Source: a virus (Duplodnaviria; Caudoviricetes). From it: DNA of 26,623 bases. The DNA is taken from the IMG/VR virus record IMGVR_UViG_3300046643_000160, positions 1-26,623 of that record. One strand, written 5' to 3'. Both the position numbers and the translations under genes were made by a program. The stretch's first letter is position 1, and every line of letters starts with the position of its first letter. Below are positions 8,258-17,428 of this stretch, piece by piece. Below the pieces are notes generated by a model. The model had not been told where the DNA came from. It did not search any database and saw nothing but the letters and a program-made list of their open reading frames with translations.

Positions 8258-10630
8258 TTACTCAATTGACTTCCACACGTCCTTGTCGATGCCTGCTGTG
8301 CTAAGTGGGTCCTTAGTGCCTCGCGCAATCGCCCAAGGCCGATTGACCTGCTTGGTGCTCTTGAGTGGCACACCACCTCGGCCACGGATGCTTTGGTTCG
8401 TCACGATGGACGGTCCAACCTTCTGTTCCATTGCGGCGTTGTATCGGTCGATCTTGGAGTTCATCTGCTCTTGAGCCATGGCGGCCATGTACTCAGACGT
8501 GTTCCGTGCATCAAAACGGTACCTCAATGGGCTTCCATGCTCATCGGATGCGACGGTGATGTTTCCCTTCGAGTCGCGGTACAAGATGCTGAATCGGTCG
8601 TTGCCTTGGCTATCAATGCCAGCATGTTCAAGGCTGATCTTTGCGTCCTTTGGAATGGATGGCAGCTTTTCTCGAACATCCTTCTCGATGGCTTCTGATG
8701 TTGCGTTGAACACCCTCTCCGCCGAAGTGGTGCTGCGCACCGCTTTGCCATCGAAGTCACCGAGCTTGGTAACACCGGAAGTTGTCTCCATGGTGGAGGT
8801 GGCGAGGCGTGCCGCTGCTTCAGGAGAACGACCCAACTGCACATGCGATTCGTACTGCTGCCGCCATGCCGCCTCGTACTGAGGTGTCACTGAGCCGGCC
8901 TGCTTTCCGCTGAACCTTGATACCAGTTCTGCAACGGGATTCGACTTGCTGCCAGGACTTGGCCTGAGGTAGTCGTCGCTCTGCTTCTTGGCGATCTTGC
9001 GTTCATCGTCGGTCATACGGCTTGCCGTCGCAACCTGCTTACGGGCTTCCGCGATGCCGACGACCGGCGAACGCTCCATGATGTCAACAACTTCGGGTGG
9101 CATCGACCCCAGGGCCAGCGGGTTCGTATCCTTGATCTTGTTCAGGAACGCAATTGCTGTCTTTGCCTGGATTTCGTCACCACTGACAACGGCCTGCTTC
9201 ACCGAGTTCTTCACCTCGGATGGCATGTACGTTGGCTTCGTTGAGACCATCCATTGGTGAATGAAGTTCTCACCACCTGGGGTGGAAAGAACTGACTGCA
9301 AAGTCGCCTTCGCGCCGTACTGGTTGTGAACGGCGAGGGCAAAGTTCTGATCAGTCAGAGCCTGCGTGCCCGTGTCATCTTGCTCGTGGCCGAGCCGCTT
9401 GAGTTGAGCCATCACGTTCGCACGGTGCCGGTTTTCCTCGACACGGTTCCGTGCACGACCAATCATTTCCTGTGACTTGATCACCAGATCGGGGTTGTCC
9501 TTGATCATTGGGTGTTCAAGCAACGACTTCTCTGCGGCGTTAAGATCCTTCAACGTCAACGCATGGCTATCACCCATCGCGTCCAGTTCAATCCCCACTG
9601 AAGAGATCACGCGTGTACCTGCCTTGAGGTCTTCACGCTCCTTGACCTTGGCAGCATTCTGAATCTCGCTGGTGTTGCGGTCGTACTGACGGTCCAGCAT
9701 GCCAAGGGCTTTGTCCCGCGCCTTCTCACGCTCTGCTTCATTGGTGAAAGGCAGCGACTGGTACACGTTCGTCAATTGATTTCGTGCATCCTCATACAGG
9801 TACTTGTCCGTCTGAGCCTCACCAGTCATAGCCGATAGCGCACCGTTGTTCGGATCAAGCAGCACGTTGTCCGTACGCGCAGCAAAGGAGCGGGCCAACT
9901 GGTTGTACAGGACGTCCCGCTTTGCGGAGATTTGTTCGGGTGCGGCCACGGCGGCAAGACGTGGGTTCTGCAACGTCATGCCTTCAATAATGTTGGCCGC
10001 TTGGCGAAGCGAGTCTTGATCGCCTGAATTGACAGCGACACGAATTGCCTCGGCCGCATTCGTATCAACATCGGCCATGGCACGGCTCACAATCAGCGGC
10101 TTGATCGTCTTCTCTTGGAAGTTCATCGTGCGCTGCGCTTGTTCGCCGACCATGTTCGTCTCGAAGTTCTTGACGATCATCTTGTTAGACAGGTTCGCCT
10201 TCGAGGTCTCGTCGTCCACGATGGCTTGCAGGCCATCTTTGTAGTTCTGGGTGTACTGCTCAACATCCCAACCTTCGGCAACTTGCTGACCTGCAAGGTT
10301 GTTCCGCAAGTCGTTCTCACGAGCCATGACGTTCACGCGCGCACGCGTGGCACGGCCATCTTCATCTGCAAGGCGTAGTGCCTCGAACTGTGCGCTGATG
10401 TCGGTCACTGATTTGGTTGCAGCTTCAACAAGCCCAGCCTCTGCGATTGACTCCTTCGCCGCCATTGGATTCAAGACCTGGGACGTTGGTGCATTCCTTG
10501 CGTCAAGGCCCATGCCAACCTGCGCGACGTTATTCCCAAGTCGTTGCTCAACGTTCGTGTCAAGACCGCGCACGCCGGAGCCAGGCTCCATGGGGCGGTT
10601 CATAAGATTGTCTGTAATGCGGATTGCCAT
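8258..10630 (-). CDS. Internal virion (ejection) protein, T7 gp15 position
   Basis: 790 aa, predicted helical, SD GGGAG; size and synteny match gp15. Confidence 0.65.
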   Translation of the reverse strand: MAIRITDNLMNRPMEPGSGVRGLDTNVEQRLGNNVAQVGMGLDARNAPTSQVLNPMAAKESIAEAGLVEAATKSVTDISAQFEALRLADEDGRATRARVNVMARENDLRNNLAGQQVAEGWDVEQYTQNYKDGLQAIVDDETSKANLSNKMIVKNFETNMVGEQAQRTMNFQEKTIKPLIVSRAMADVDTNAAEAIRVAVNSGDQDSLRQAANIIEGMTLQNPRLAAVAAPEQISAKRDVLYNQLARSFAARTDNVLLDPNNGALSAMTGEAQTDKYLYEDARNQLTNVYQSLPFTNEAEREKARDKALGMLDRQYDRNTSEIQNAAKVKEREDLKAGTRVISSVGIELDAMGDSHALTLKDLNAAEKSLLEHPMIKDNPDLVIKSQEMIGRARNRVEENRHRANVMAQLKRLGHEQDDTGTQALTDQNFALAVHNQYGAKATLQSVLSTPGGENFIHQWMVSTKPTYMPSEVKNSVKQAVVSGDEIQAKTAIAFLNKIKDTNPLALGSMPPEVVDIMERSPVVGIAEARKQVATASRMTDDERKIAKKQSDDYLRPSPGSKSNPVAELVSRFSGKQAGSVTPQYEAAWRQQYESHVQLGRSPEAAARLATSTMETTSGVTKLGDFDGKAVRSTTSAERVFNATSEAIEKDVREKLPSIPKDAKISLEHAGIDSQGNDRFSILYRDSKGNITVASDEHGSPLRYRFDARNTSEYMAAMAQEQMNSKIDRYNAAMEQKVGPSIVTNQSIRGRGGVPLKSTKQVNRPWAIARGTKDPLSTAGIDKDVWKSIE

Positions 10631-10639
10631 ACTGCTCCC

Positions 10640-11257
10640 TTAAGCCATGTTCCGCATCGTCGGTGTACCCGCAGATCCGTTCACGGCTGTGCCGCCCGTG
10701 TTCAGATTGCTGGTGCCGCTCAAGCCGCCAGACTTTGCGTACGCTGATCCAAGCGTCCCAATTGCGGAGGTAATGCCAGTGACCATCGTGGTCTGGCCAA
10801 TACTGTTCAGTGAGTTCGCCTGCCCAAGCGAGCTTTGAAGTGCCTTGTCGCCGGCTTCAGCAGCCCAACGACCATTGGTCTTAAGCTGAACCACCTTGTT
10901 CACGCCTGAGTACAGAGCAGCAAGCGCATCTGCACTTGCAAGCATCTCGATCTGATCCATTGCGGCTTGTGCGGAACCTTCGCCGATGACTGCCCCTGAT
11001 GCAGCCTGCGCGGCAGTCAACGAGCCACGCATTTGCATTGACGTCCGACGAATCTGCGCGACTTGATCGTTAGCCTGTTTCATCACGGCTTCCGATTCCA
11101 TCTCGTTCAGCCGCTCTTGAAGCATTCCCTTGTATTCGGCGTCGTAACCCGCTGCGCGTTCTTGATCCGCTTGCGTGTTCGCCGCTTCTTGCTGCTTTGA
11201 CGAACCATAAATTGATCCTGCTGCGGCGACCGCCGCTGCGGCAAATCCATACGGCAT
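10640..11257 (-). CDS. Internal virion protein, T7 gp14 position
   Basis: 205 aa, A/G/Q/S-rich with hydrophobic N-terminus (AAAAVAAAGSIYG), typical of small ejection proteins. Confidence 0.7.
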   Translation of the reverse strand: MPYGFAAAAVAAAGSIYGSSKQQEAANTQADQERAAGYDAEYKGMLQERLNEMESEAVMKQANDQVAQIRRTSMQMRGSLTAAQAASGAVIGEGSAQAAMDQIEMLASADALAALYSGVNKVVQLKTNGRWAAEAGDKALQSSLGQANSLNSIGQTTMVTGITSAIGTLGSAYAKSGGLSGTSNLNTGGTAVNGSAGTPTMRNMA

Positions 11258-11258
11258 A

Positions 11259-11804
11259 TCAGGCCTCCCTTGCCTTTTGATTGCGGCGCAGGCAGACGAT
11301 CAATGTGATTCGGTCCTCATCGCTATCGTTAGTTACCCAGTGCATGTACGAGTTATCAAAGGTGAACAGATCGCCGGGCTTCGTAACCAGAACCTGATCT
11401 TCAACATGGAACTCTTGCATGCCGTTCGCCTTCAACTGGATGGCGAACTTCTCGTAGAACTGGGCGTGCCAGCCCGTGTCGATATGCGGTTTGCATACCT
11501 GTCCTGGCTTGATTCGTGTGATGAGCACCCCACCCAAGATGTCGCCTTGGAAGACGGTCATCAATGGATAGATCAACTGGCGCACGGGAAGTACATCAGC
11601 GCATGGATACCAAACGGCGTCGTGCTTCCTTGATGGGTCATCACCAAACTGGACATATCGAACATAAATGTCGGACAAGCCGTGATGCGGTGATTCAGGT
11701 GCGGCAGTTCGACCAGTGTGCAGATCCCAGAACTCAGGGTGCTCGTCAAGTGCAGCAACCAATCCTGATACGTCCAGACCTTCGGCCAGAAGACTGATCT
11801 TCAT
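11259..11804 (-). CDS. Aspartyl/asparaginyl beta-hydroxylase-like 2OG-Fe(II) dioxygenase
   Basis: Start ATG 11804 (MKISLL...) overlaps the cupin stop (ATGA). HxD (PHID), FDNSYMHWVTN and DRITLIV motifs of this family. Confidence 0.85.
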   Translation of the reverse strand: MKISLLAEGLDVSGLVAALDEHPEFWDLHTGRTAAPESPHHGLSDIYVRYVQFGDDPSRKHDAVWYPCADVLPVRQLIYPLMTVFQGDILGGVLITRIKPGQVCKPHIDTGWHAQFYEKFAIQLKANGMQEFHVEDQVLVTKPGDLFTFDNSYMHWVTNDSDEDRITLIVCLRRNQKAREA

Positions 11805-12085
11805 GCTTCGTGCCCAGTCAAGTAGTCGGCATTCCAGATGCAAAGCCAAACTGCATTGGTCAACGCTGCAACACAATGAACTGTGTGCGCGGGGACAAAG
11901 ACGCAGCAAGGCGCTGTGTAGTCCTTGACTTCATCACCAATCGTTACTTCAACGGTGCCTTCAACAAGGTAGGACAGGTGGTCATGACCGTGCGCATGCG
12001 TTCCCAAGACGCGGCCTTGCGCGATCTTGTGCTCCATGATGAACGCGTCGCCACCCATGAATCGTTCGATTTCCAGACCGTTCAT
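11801..12085 (-). CDS. Cupin-domain protein
   Basis: 94 aa, HAHGHDHLSYLVEG and VPAHTVHCV cupin motifs; ATGA-coupled to both neighbours. Confidence 0.85.
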   Translation of the reverse strand: MNGLEIERFMGGDAFIMEHKIAQGRVLGTHAHGHDHLSYLVEGTVEVTIGDEVKDYTAPCCVFVPAHTVHCVAALTNAVWLCIWNADYLTGHEA

Positions 12086-12531
12086 ACCGTCACCCTCATG
12101 GAGTACACGTGACCGTCGTGGCTGAAACCCGCTCGTTCAAATGCTTTTGCAACCTTGTTGAGATCCATGCCTGTGCTATTCGCAATCACGATCTCGGCAA
12201 CACCCCTTTGCTTAGCTTGCTTCACGTATTCAGCAATGAGCAACGAGCCAGCACCTCCACGCTCCGTCTTCCTGACGAACGTTCCGTAGTCGCAGGCCGT
12301 GCGGTCAGTGCCAAAGAAGTGCGTTGTGATGTATCCAATGAACCCACCAATCACTACGCCCGCCTTCTCTGCCACGAGCGCAAATCCGTCCTCGCTATCA
12401 ACGAGTGCGTGCATCAGGGCATCAAGCTTTGTTGGGTAGAAATTGAAGTGATTGAACTTGCTGTCGGCGTGCATGGCCTTCGCAAGTTCAACCAGTTTTG
12501 GAACGTCCTCATGGGTAGCGTTTCGAATCAT
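12082..12531 (-). CDS. GNAT-family acetyltransferase-like protein (T7 gp13 position)
   Basis: 149 aa, IRNATHED start, FVRKTERGG-AGSLL acetyl-CoA motif A, FERAGF end; SD GGAGG. Confidence 0.85.
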   Translation of the reverse strand: MIRNATHEDVPKLVELAKAMHADSKFNHFNFYPTKLDALMHALVDSEDGFALVAEKAGVVIGGFIGYITTHFFGTDRTACDYGTFVRKTERGGAGSLLIAEYVKQAKQRGVAEIVIANSTGMDLNKVAKAFERAGFSHDGHVYSMRVTV

Positions 12532-12547
12532 GTCGTCCTCCGAACGC

Positions 12548-12553
12548 TATTTA
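12548..12553 (-). promoter_or_regulatory. TAAATA box upstream of the GNAT cassette
   Basis: Minus strand cgTAAATAg in a 35-bp gap, 16 nt before the ATG. Confidence 0.65.
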
Positions 12554-12566
12554 CGAGGTACGCGTG

Positions 12567-14552
12567 TTAGTTCACTGCCGCCTTGATCACGACGCCCAGG
12601 AGGGTGAATGGCGTCGGAGTTTCAGAGGTGATGAGGATGTTCTCGGTGTCTTTCCATCCAACCGTCTTGAGAGATTTGTCACCTGTGAACAGGGGAATCG
12701 ATGTGTTCAAGTTCATGGCCGTGGTGCGGAATGGCACAACCTTGCCGTTCACCAAGCAGTTGATGGTGTCCTTGAAGCGGAGCACCACGTCATAGATCGA
12801 GACACGGCGGCCTTGCGATGACGAGTTCACATCGCCAAACTCTGGGTTCAGCAGTTCAATCGTGGTTTCATAGCCAAGACCTACGATGACGTTGGTCGCA
12901 GGGTATTGCAGCGTGATCGATCCACCAGACACAACGCAGTCAGGGTGGACATTTCCATCAGCCAGGACAGCTACTGTCTTTCCATTCAAGTATGTGAGGC
13001 CGGTGACTGTGCTGGTGCTTGCCCCCACATAAAACAAAGTGCAGTCCATATACGCGGTGTCTTCGTTCGTGTAGTCGAACAACTCAATGAACCGCTTGGT
13101 GACTCCGCCAATGGTGCGGTTGACAATGAAGTACACGTCGTCAGCCTGACCAGATCCAGGCAGCACACCAACCGCTTCAAACTTGCCGTCGGTTGTGTGC
13201 CGCGCCCAAGCCGTGGTTTCATACTCACGGGCAAGGGTCAGGGAAAGCAGTTGCCCATCTGACCGGACGGCCCAGGCAATGAAGTCGGGGTTCTGGGCGA
13301 ACGCCATGTCACTGATCGTGCCTTCATTGGTGATGTGCTCCGCGAAGACGGTCAAGTCAGGTGCGATGTTCGCGTCTTCAGTCACCGAGTACGAGATTGC
13401 GCGGGCGCGTCGTCCGTCACGCTGGATGAACACAACCTCTCGACCGATCTTCACTGGCTTGACGAAATTGCTGCCGTGCGACGTGTGGTCTTTGATGACG
13501 TTCGAGCTGATGCCACTGATTGCGTTGTTGTTCGGTCCAGCAATCGAGAATTCTGTGGAGCTTGTCAGCGGCAACAGTTGCCGAGCAGAGACCAAGTGCG
13601 TGATCGCGTTGTAGTCATTGCCTGCGATCTGAACGATCAGCCCGTCCGAGTCAAGATTACCTACTGTCAAGTTCACGTAGTCGCCAGCACCAGAACCCCA
13701 GATGTGCTGTGGGAACTGTGGTGATGCGCCGAAGTACAGACGCTGCTCAAAGAACGAAACGGTCGATGGGTAGTTCCCTGTTTTCCAGTACGACATCGCG
13801 GCACCAGAAACCGATCCAACGACACTCCATTCCTGTCGTGCCGCAGTGGCTGACACACAGGTGATGATCCATGTCTCAGAAGTCGTGGAACCAGGCATGG
13901 AGCCCACGCCACCAAGAGCACCATTGCCAACGTTCGTCGTTCCTACAACGGTCCCTGAACTGGTGATGGCACCAGCAGTTGTGACGATCTGGAACTTGTC
14001 ACCAACCCCGAACTTGGTAGAACTGTTGATGACCTTGAAGGTCACGAACGCGTTCGAGAACGTGACATCACTAACTGCCCGGTAGACGAACGGGATATCA
14101 GCGAAGGTCCAGTTCGTGTCCGTGACGCGTTGCAGGATCTTTGGCTTCTGGTTCGGATGCACCAAGTACATGGTTGTACCGGACTGTGCATACCGAATGT
14201 CTGCAAGCTCTGACTCTGCGTACGGGATAGCAAGGCGATATGGCACGCCTGGGCTTACCTCGACGGCAACACCATCTTTGATGAACTCGATTTGCCCGCC
14301 ATTTAAAACAAGCATGAACTTGCTTGTCAGCGAGTGAACGAACGGAATCAGACGGGCGCGCTGGTTTACATCGTAGAGACTTTTGACGCAGATCGTTCCA
14401 CGTCGTTTGGTCGCACCACCGTGAACGAACGGGTATGCGTTCTCCATCTTCTTGGTCGCCTTGTTGTAGGCAGGCAAGTCGATGCGGCTAAGCAGGCGTG
14501 GGGAGATCTCACCCCACTCAAATCCAGTTTGAATGTGCTGAAGGTTTGGCAT
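12567..14552 (-). CDS. Tail tubular protein B / nozzle (T7 gp12, P22 gp10-like)
   Basis: 661 aa. N-terminal F..GEISPRL..R.D..Y, GGATKRRGT, YPSTVSFFEQRLYF and AWARHTT motifs. Confidence 0.9.
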   Translation of the reverse strand: MPNLQHIQTGFEWGEISPRLLSRIDLPAYNKATKKMENAYPFVHGGATKRRGTICVKSLYDVNQRARLIPFVHSLTSKFMLVLNGGQIEFIKDGVAVEVSPGVPYRLAIPYAESELADIRYAQSGTTMYLVHPNQKPKILQRVTDTNWTFADIPFVYRAVSDVTFSNAFVTFKVINSSTKFGVGDKFQIVTTAGAITSSGTVVGTTNVGNGALGGVGSMPGSTTSETWIITCVSATAARQEWSVVGSVSGAAMSYWKTGNYPSTVSFFEQRLYFGASPQFPQHIWGSGAGDYVNLTVGNLDSDGLIVQIAGNDYNAITHLVSARQLLPLTSSTEFSIAGPNNNAISGISSNVIKDHTSHGSNFVKPVKIGREVVFIQRDGRRARAISYSVTEDANIAPDLTVFAEHITNEGTISDMAFAQNPDFIAWAVRSDGQLLSLTLAREYETTAWARHTTDGKFEAVGVLPGSGQADDVYFIVNRTIGGVTKRFIELFDYTNEDTAYMDCTLFYVGASTSTVTGLTYLNGKTVAVLADGNVHPDCVVSGGSITLQYPATNVIVGLGYETTIELLNPEFGDVNSSSQGRRVSIYDVVLRFKDTINCLVNGKVVPFRTTAMNLNTSIPLFTGDKSLKTVGWKDTENILITSETPTPFTLLGVVIKAAVN

Positions 14553-14555
14553 CGC

Positions 14556-15113
14556 TTAGAACCTCGCGTTCAGAACGAAGCCGCGATCACCCAGAGCGTC
14601 TTGCGGTTCTTCACTGGCATCTACGAAGCGGGCCTTAGCCAGCTTCTGCCCGTACATCTGAATGTTTGTGTCAGCGGTGGCTTGAGACTTCGTAATCGCG
14701 TACGCCATCTCGGCAGCAAGACGCTGTGCCATGACATCGGTGAACATCGCGTTCCACTCGGTGGTGTCTTCAACGTCCTTCACGAAGCGCACGACACACT
14801 CAGTCTCATTGCTGTAGATGCCGTGGCCGATGATCTTGTAGTCATCGGTGTCATAGACCTCCATGACGCGGAGGCATTCAGCAGGCAGTTGGTACTTGAA
14901 CTGGTAGTTGAAGCTTGATGCGTCTGACACCGCGTTCAGCGTCTGCTCTGCAATCGCGAAGTTCCACGGGTGATCAGTGATCGAGCTACGCCGAGCGTTG
15001 TCCCACAGCGCATTCGCAACGATGGCCTCTGTTGAGTTCTCGTCTGCCGACGTGATGATGTTTGCACCGAGCCGAGACAGTGCAACGTTGATGATTTCTA
15101 CTTTGGAGGCCAT
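14556..15113 (-). CDS. Tail tubular protein A / adaptor (T7 gp11-like)
   Basis: 185 aa, EIINVALSRLG, HPWNFA, YQLPAECLR and LAAEMA motifs; directly downstream of the capsid. Confidence 0.9.
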   Translation of the reverse strand: MASKVEIINVALSRLGANIITSADENSTEAIVANALWDNARRSSITDHPWNFAIAEQTLNAVSDASSFNYQFKYQLPAECLRVMEVYDTDDYKIIGHGIYSNETECVVRFVKDVEDTTEWNAMFTDVMAQRLAAEMAYAITKSQATADTNIQMYGQKLAKARFVDASEEPQDALGDRGFVLNARF

Positions 15114-15142
15114 TGACCCGCTCCATTAATGGAAGACGGATC

Positions 15143-15148
15143 TATTTA
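15143..15148 (-). promoter_or_regulatory. TAAATA box upstream of the tail tube genes
   Basis: Minus strand aaTAAATAg just downstream of the capsid terminator, followed by an SD-burying stem. Confidence 0.7.
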
Positions 15149-15161
15149 TTTGCCGCATGCG

Positions 15162-15189
15162 AAAAGGGGGCTGCATTGCAGCCCCCTTT
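15162..15189 (-). terminator. Intrinsic terminator after the capsid gene
   Basis: Minus strand GGGGGCTGC-AAT-GCAGCCCCC followed by TTTT. Confidence 0.85.
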
Positions 15190-15200
15190 GCTTTGAGTGA

Positions 15201-16007
15201 TTACAGCGTTACGCCGAACTTCGAAGCACCAGCGGAATCAACCACGCCAGCACCCATCGAGACGTTCGCCTTGATCCAGAAAGCGTGCTTGTCTGGAGAC
15301 CATTCGATCATCGTCTTGAGGTTCTGACCAACAGCGGCACCAACAGCCAGTTCGTGGAATGCGAACTGCGTCTTGTCGGTCGTGCCGTTCAGGTAGCCGT
15401 CAGGCACTTGAATGATCTTGAAGCCGAGGAACGTATCGATGTCACCTTGAACAAGTGCCTTCACGTTGTTGTAGTCCGTGGAGGTGACTTGAGTGGTTGA
15501 AAGCAAGTCCTCGATTGCCGAGGCAGAGAGAACCATCTTGCGACCCGATGCCGGAACCATGCCGTTGTCGAAGATCTTCTTGGTTTCCAACATGCGGGCG
15601 ACCGAGAAGGCGCCTGTGTTGGTTGTCGAAGTCACCGAACCGGCAAGCAGCGCAGCCAAGATGATGTCGTCCATCTTGCGGGCGATTGCCTTCGCAACGA
15701 TGTTCACGTACTCCATCTTGATGTCAACGTTCGTCTTGAGCAGGTCAAGGTCGTCAACAAGGGTCGTGGCGTACCAGTCGGCCAGCGTCACGTCCGTGTA
15801 GGTGTGCGCTGGTTCAAGAACTGTCAGGTCGGCGTTGCGCGTCTTTTGGTACGCAGCAACAGCACCGAGCTTTTGAAAGCGAGTGGTCGAACCAACAACG
15901 CCTTCGCGCTTACGGACTTCGCCGATGAGTTGGGAATCGAGAAGATATGCAGCCTTAACCTCTGCACCGAATTGAGTAATGAAACTCTGGTCAATAGTGA
16001 TAGCCAT
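15201..16007 (-). CDS. Major capsid protein
   Basis: 268 aa, between scaffold and tail tube A. FITQF..EV..AY, AIARKMDDII and LVQGDIDTFLGF motifs of BPP-1-type podovirus capsids; SD AAGGAG. Confidence 0.9.
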   Translation of the reverse strand: MAITIDQSFITQFGAEVKAAYLLDSQLIGEVRKREGVVGSTTRFQKLGAVAAYQKTRNADLTVLEPAHTYTDVTLADWYATTLVDDLDLLKTNVDIKMEYVNIVAKAIARKMDDIILAALLAGSVTSTTNTGAFSVARMLETKKIFDNGMVPASGRKMVLSASAIEDLLSTTQVTSTDYNNVKALVQGDIDTFLGFKIIQVPDGYLNGTTDKTQFAFHELAVGAAVGQNLKTMIEWSPDKHAFWIKANVSMGAGVVDSAGASKFGVTL

Positions 16008-16129
16008 TTATTGGCTCCTTCCGTGATGGACGTTTGGTGGAGCGCTTGTCCTCATCACGAGGGGCCTGACAAATGGCTTATTTGCTGGGGCCGAAATGGC
16101 TTATCCGATAAGTCAAAACTTGTCGGAGG

Positions 16130-16135
16130 TATTTA
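16130..16135 (-). promoter_or_regulatory. TAAATA box upstream of the capsid leader
   Basis: Minus strand cgTAAATAcctcc, downstream of the scaffold terminator; context shared with the site at 19831. Confidence 0.7.
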
Positions 16136-16170
16136 CGAAACGGGCTTGAATGCCAAAGAAAACGGGCAAC

Positions 16171-16192
16171 AAAAAACCGCCCGAAGGCGGTT
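16171..16192 (-). terminator. Intrinsic terminator after the scaffold gene (cUUCGg tetraloop)
   Basis: Minus strand AACCGCC-TTCG-GGCGGTT-TTTT. Confidence 0.9.
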
Positions 16193-16216
16193 CAGATTGG
16201 TAAGCGGCGAAGTGCC

Positions 16217-16936
16217 TTACTTCTTGTGTTGAAAGTGCTTCGTGACCTTGTCATGCAGTGCGCGATCACCCTTGCGGTACTCCGATGACTGCATGATCTT
16301 GGTGACCTCTTCGTCGGTCAGTTGGGCGCCGCCCTGAGTGCCACCCTTACCGGCAACACTGTCCTCACCGATCTCGGCGCCCATGCGCGCAAGAAGCTTC
16401 ACAACTTGCGGATGGTTCCAGACTGGATCGTGTGGTGACGCATCAGACGGCGCGAATTCATTGAATGCACGGCGAACAGACTGGACTTGGTTTTCAAAGT
16501 CGTTGCCCCACTCCTGCTTCAGAGCAGTCTCCGTCTTCTCTACGGTCCACGTCGTCTCGTTCAGCATCTGCATGTACGTGTCCATGACCAAGTCGTATTG
16601 GTCCTTGGTGAAGCCCTTCTCCAATGCAGCGTTCTTGAACGACACCGCACGGTCTTCATTGAGGTCGAAGCCTTCGCCGAAATTGAACTCGTACTCATCA
16701 ATTGAACCCGCTGGGATGTTTGGCTTTGCTCCCAAACGCTTCTCCAAGTTCCCGTACGACTTCGAAAGCTTCTCGAAATCGGGCGAACCGTCCTCATTGA
16801 GGAACTTCGCAGGCACGTACGAGTAGTCGGGCGCTTGGCTGGTTGGCTCGGCTGCTGGTTCTTGTGTTGCTGGTGCCGCATCGACTTGGTCTGCTGCTGG
16901 TGTGCTTTCGCTGGGCGTCGATTCGAGTTCACTCAT
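16217..16936 (-). CDS. Capsid scaffolding / assembly protein
   Basis: 239 aa, acidic P/A-rich N-terminus, VPAKF...LSKSYGNLEKRLG and LKQEWG motifs; immediately upstream of the capsid. Confidence 0.85.
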   Translation of the reverse strand: MSELESTPSESTPAADQVDAAPATQEPAAEPTSQAPDYSYVPAKFLNEDGSPDFEKLSKSYGNLEKRLGAKPNIPAGSIDEYEFNFGEGFDLNEDRAVSFKNAALEKGFTKDQYDLVMDTYMQMLNETTWTVEKTETALKQEWGNDFENQVQSVRRAFNEFAPSDASPHDPVWNHPQVVKLLARMGAEIGEDSVAGKGGTQGGAQLTDEEVTKIMQSSEYRKGDRALHDKVTKHFQHKK

Positions 16937-17165
16937 CTTGAGCCTCCTGCTCTTCTTCTGGTTCTTCAGGCGTTGACTCTAGGAGCTCACCTGCAACGAA
17001 CGCTGCATCCACGAATGGCAGATCAACACCAAAGCTGGTTTGCACATCGGCCGTTTTGTCTGTTGGTTGGGCGAAGCTCGCTGTCTTTTGATAGACACCA
17101 TCGACCAGGGCGTAGACATCTACGGTCTCGGCTGTGTTTACGAACACGCGTTCTGGCTTACTCAT
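16929..17165 (-). CDS. Small acidic hypothetical protein
   Basis: 78 aa, overlaps both neighbours by 8 nt. Confidence 0.65.
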   Translation of the reverse strand: MSKPERVFVNTAETVDVYALVDGVYQKTASFAQPTDKTADVQTSFGVDLPFVDAAFVAGELLESTPEEPEEEQEAQDE

Positions 17166-17370
17166 CTTGGGTCTCCTGTTTTTCTACGTTGCACCGACGC
17201 AAGATGTACGCAATGACTTCGCGTTTGCCAGCGTTGAATGCGGTCTTGTATGGGTCTTGATTGAACTCAAAGCCGTCGTAGAAGAGGCTTGAAAGTTGTT
17301 CGAGAATCGCTGCTCCCGCAGGGTCTCGTTGAAATACGTTGTAGTAAGTCTGGTTCGAAAGGTTATCCAC
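17158..17370 (-). CDS. Bbp19-like small phage protein
   Basis: 70 aa, GTG start with SD GGAGG; Y..VF...AG..IL..L and DPY.TAFN.GKREV..YI pattern; follows the portal. Confidence 0.75.
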   Translation of the reverse strand: MDNLSNQTYYNVFQRDPAGAAILEQLSSLFYDGFEFNQDPYKTAFNAGKREVIAYILRRCNVEKQETQDE

Positions 17371-17381
17371 GCGGGGCCTCC

Positions 17382-17415
17382 ATAAAACGCCGCCATTTCG
17401 ACGGCGTTTTATTTA
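17382..17415 (-). promoter_or_regulatory. Terminator-like hairpin overlapped by a TAAATA box
   Basis: Perfect 11-bp inverted repeat ATAAAACGCCG/CGGCGTTTTAT (17382-17412); TAAATA at 17410-17415 overlaps its 5' arm. Confidence 0.75.
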
Positions 17416-17428
17416 GAGTCCTGGGTAC

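Noticed and set aside
11805-11909. ORF-track N-terminal extension of the hydroxylase (similar extensions at 261, 20816, 23866, 25780, 26033)
   Set aside because: Downstream starts with an SD or coupled overlaps fit better.
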